Of a DNA stretch of 64,000 nt, positions 63,039 to 64,000 are shown one piece after another (positions within the stretch are counted from its first letter, which is position 1; every line of letters starts with the position of its first letter). The notes beneath the pieces are model-generated. The model saw only the letters and a list, made by a program, of their open reading frames with translations. It was not told where the DNA came from and did not search any database. Origin of the DNA: Alphaproteobacteria bacterium. GTDB taxonomy: Bacteria; Pseudomonadota; Alphaproteobacteria; GCA-2731375. The position numbers and the translations under genes were made by a program. The stretch spans positions 1 through 64,000 of the forward strand of contig CBDDBZ010000019.1 of the NCBI GenBank assembly GCA_965225945.1, written 5' to 3'.

Positions 63039-63166
63039 GTTCGAACATCCATTGGTAATGCACGAAGGCGAGCCACGAGCCGGCCACGACAAAGGCCGTG
63101 CCGATGGCGGCGATCGCCAGACCCGCGTAAGCGCCGAAGCGCCGTAACAACACGATCAGGAGCAGG
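63039..63166 (-). pseudogene. TM segment of the split sensor kinase (CHASE2-type TM region)
   Basis: LLIVLLRRFGAYAGLAIAAIGTAFVVAGSWLAFVHYQWMF joins in frame to DPIAPVVMIFF at 58918. Confidence 0.8.
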
Positions 63167-64000
63167 GGGGATGTCCCGGGCTCTGTTGAAAAGCTGAAGT
63201 AGGCGTCGTCCGCCTGGAGCCGCTAGGCTCTGGGTGCTGATTCCATCAAGGAGAACGACGCCATGACCAAGACTACACGCAACGACCGTTCCTCGGAACC
63301 ATCCTGTCGGCTCTTGCCATCGATGCCGGAGGCCTTCGACGATCTGCGCATGAGCGTCGATCGCTTCTGCCTTTTGGCGGGCCTCGAGTCTTTGAACGAG
63401 ATGATGTCGGCGGACGCGGAAGCCTTGTGCGGTTCGCGCCACGCCCGCTCGGGCGAGCGCAAGGGCCATCGATGGGGCACGACCCGGAGCGAGATCGCCT
63501 ACCACGGCGGCAAAGTGAAGGTCGAGCGCCCTCGGGTGCGGGACTTCGCGGGTCGGGAGATGAGCCTGCCGAGTTGGGAGCTGCTGTCGGAACCCGAACT
63601 CTTGCAAGCCTGGGCGATGAATCTGATGGTGATCAACGTCTCGACCCGCAAGTATGCCCGCGCGGTGCGCCTGCCGGACGATGCGGGCGGCGATCTGCCG
63701 GCGGCATCGGGTGACGCAACCTCGAAGTCGGCGGTCTCGCGCCGTTTCGTGGCGTTGACGCGAAGCAAGCTGAAGGCCTGGCTGGCGAGCCCGCTCGACG
63801 ATCTCGATCTCGTGGTGCTCCAGATCGACGGGCTCCATGTCGGCGATCACCTGATGGTGGCGGCGATCGGCATCGACACCGGCGGCGCGAAGCACGTGCT
63901 GGGCCTGGCCGAGGGCGCGACGGAGAACGCGGCCACGGTGCAAGCCATGCTCGACAACCTGATCGAGCGCGGTCTCGATCCCGAACGGCCTCGGCTCTAC
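63167..64000 (+). mobile_element. IS256 type B, runs off the window (transposase from 63263)
   Basis: Same left end as at 18043 and 4780. Confidence 0.92.

Overview
GC-rich bacterial chromosome segment, most likely an alphaproteobacterium (Rhodospirillales-like). This is inferred from the glyA-nrdR-ribD-ribE-ribBA-ribH-nusB-thiL order, gph/tRNA-Val, glmU-glmS and a K+-independent HppA. Roughly 40% of the window (hand sum, about 26 kb) is insertion sequence: three IS256 types, IS1595 and derivatives, IS66, IS21, IS110, IS4, three IS630 types and IS3. Many copies are nested and many host genes are broken, which is consistent with a recent IS expansion. Highlights: (1) A 755-bp non-autonomous IS1595-derived cassette in three copies, built from two 'right' ends and carrying an LRV/HEAT-like passenger ORF. 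Two inverted copies appear to bound a 4.1-kb composite transposon that carries host gene fragments and split a hybrid sensor kinase. (2) A second, independent two-right-end IS1595 derivative with a perfect 8-bp TSD. (3) A DsbA/FrnE-type selenoprotein candidate (UxxC plus SECIS-like hairpin) that the ORF track splits. (4) An 18.6-kb IS3-mediated inversion revealed by a split 14-bp duplication. (5) An IS110 leader with a bridge-RNA-like fold. All calls were made by eye from motifs and repeats; no searches were run.
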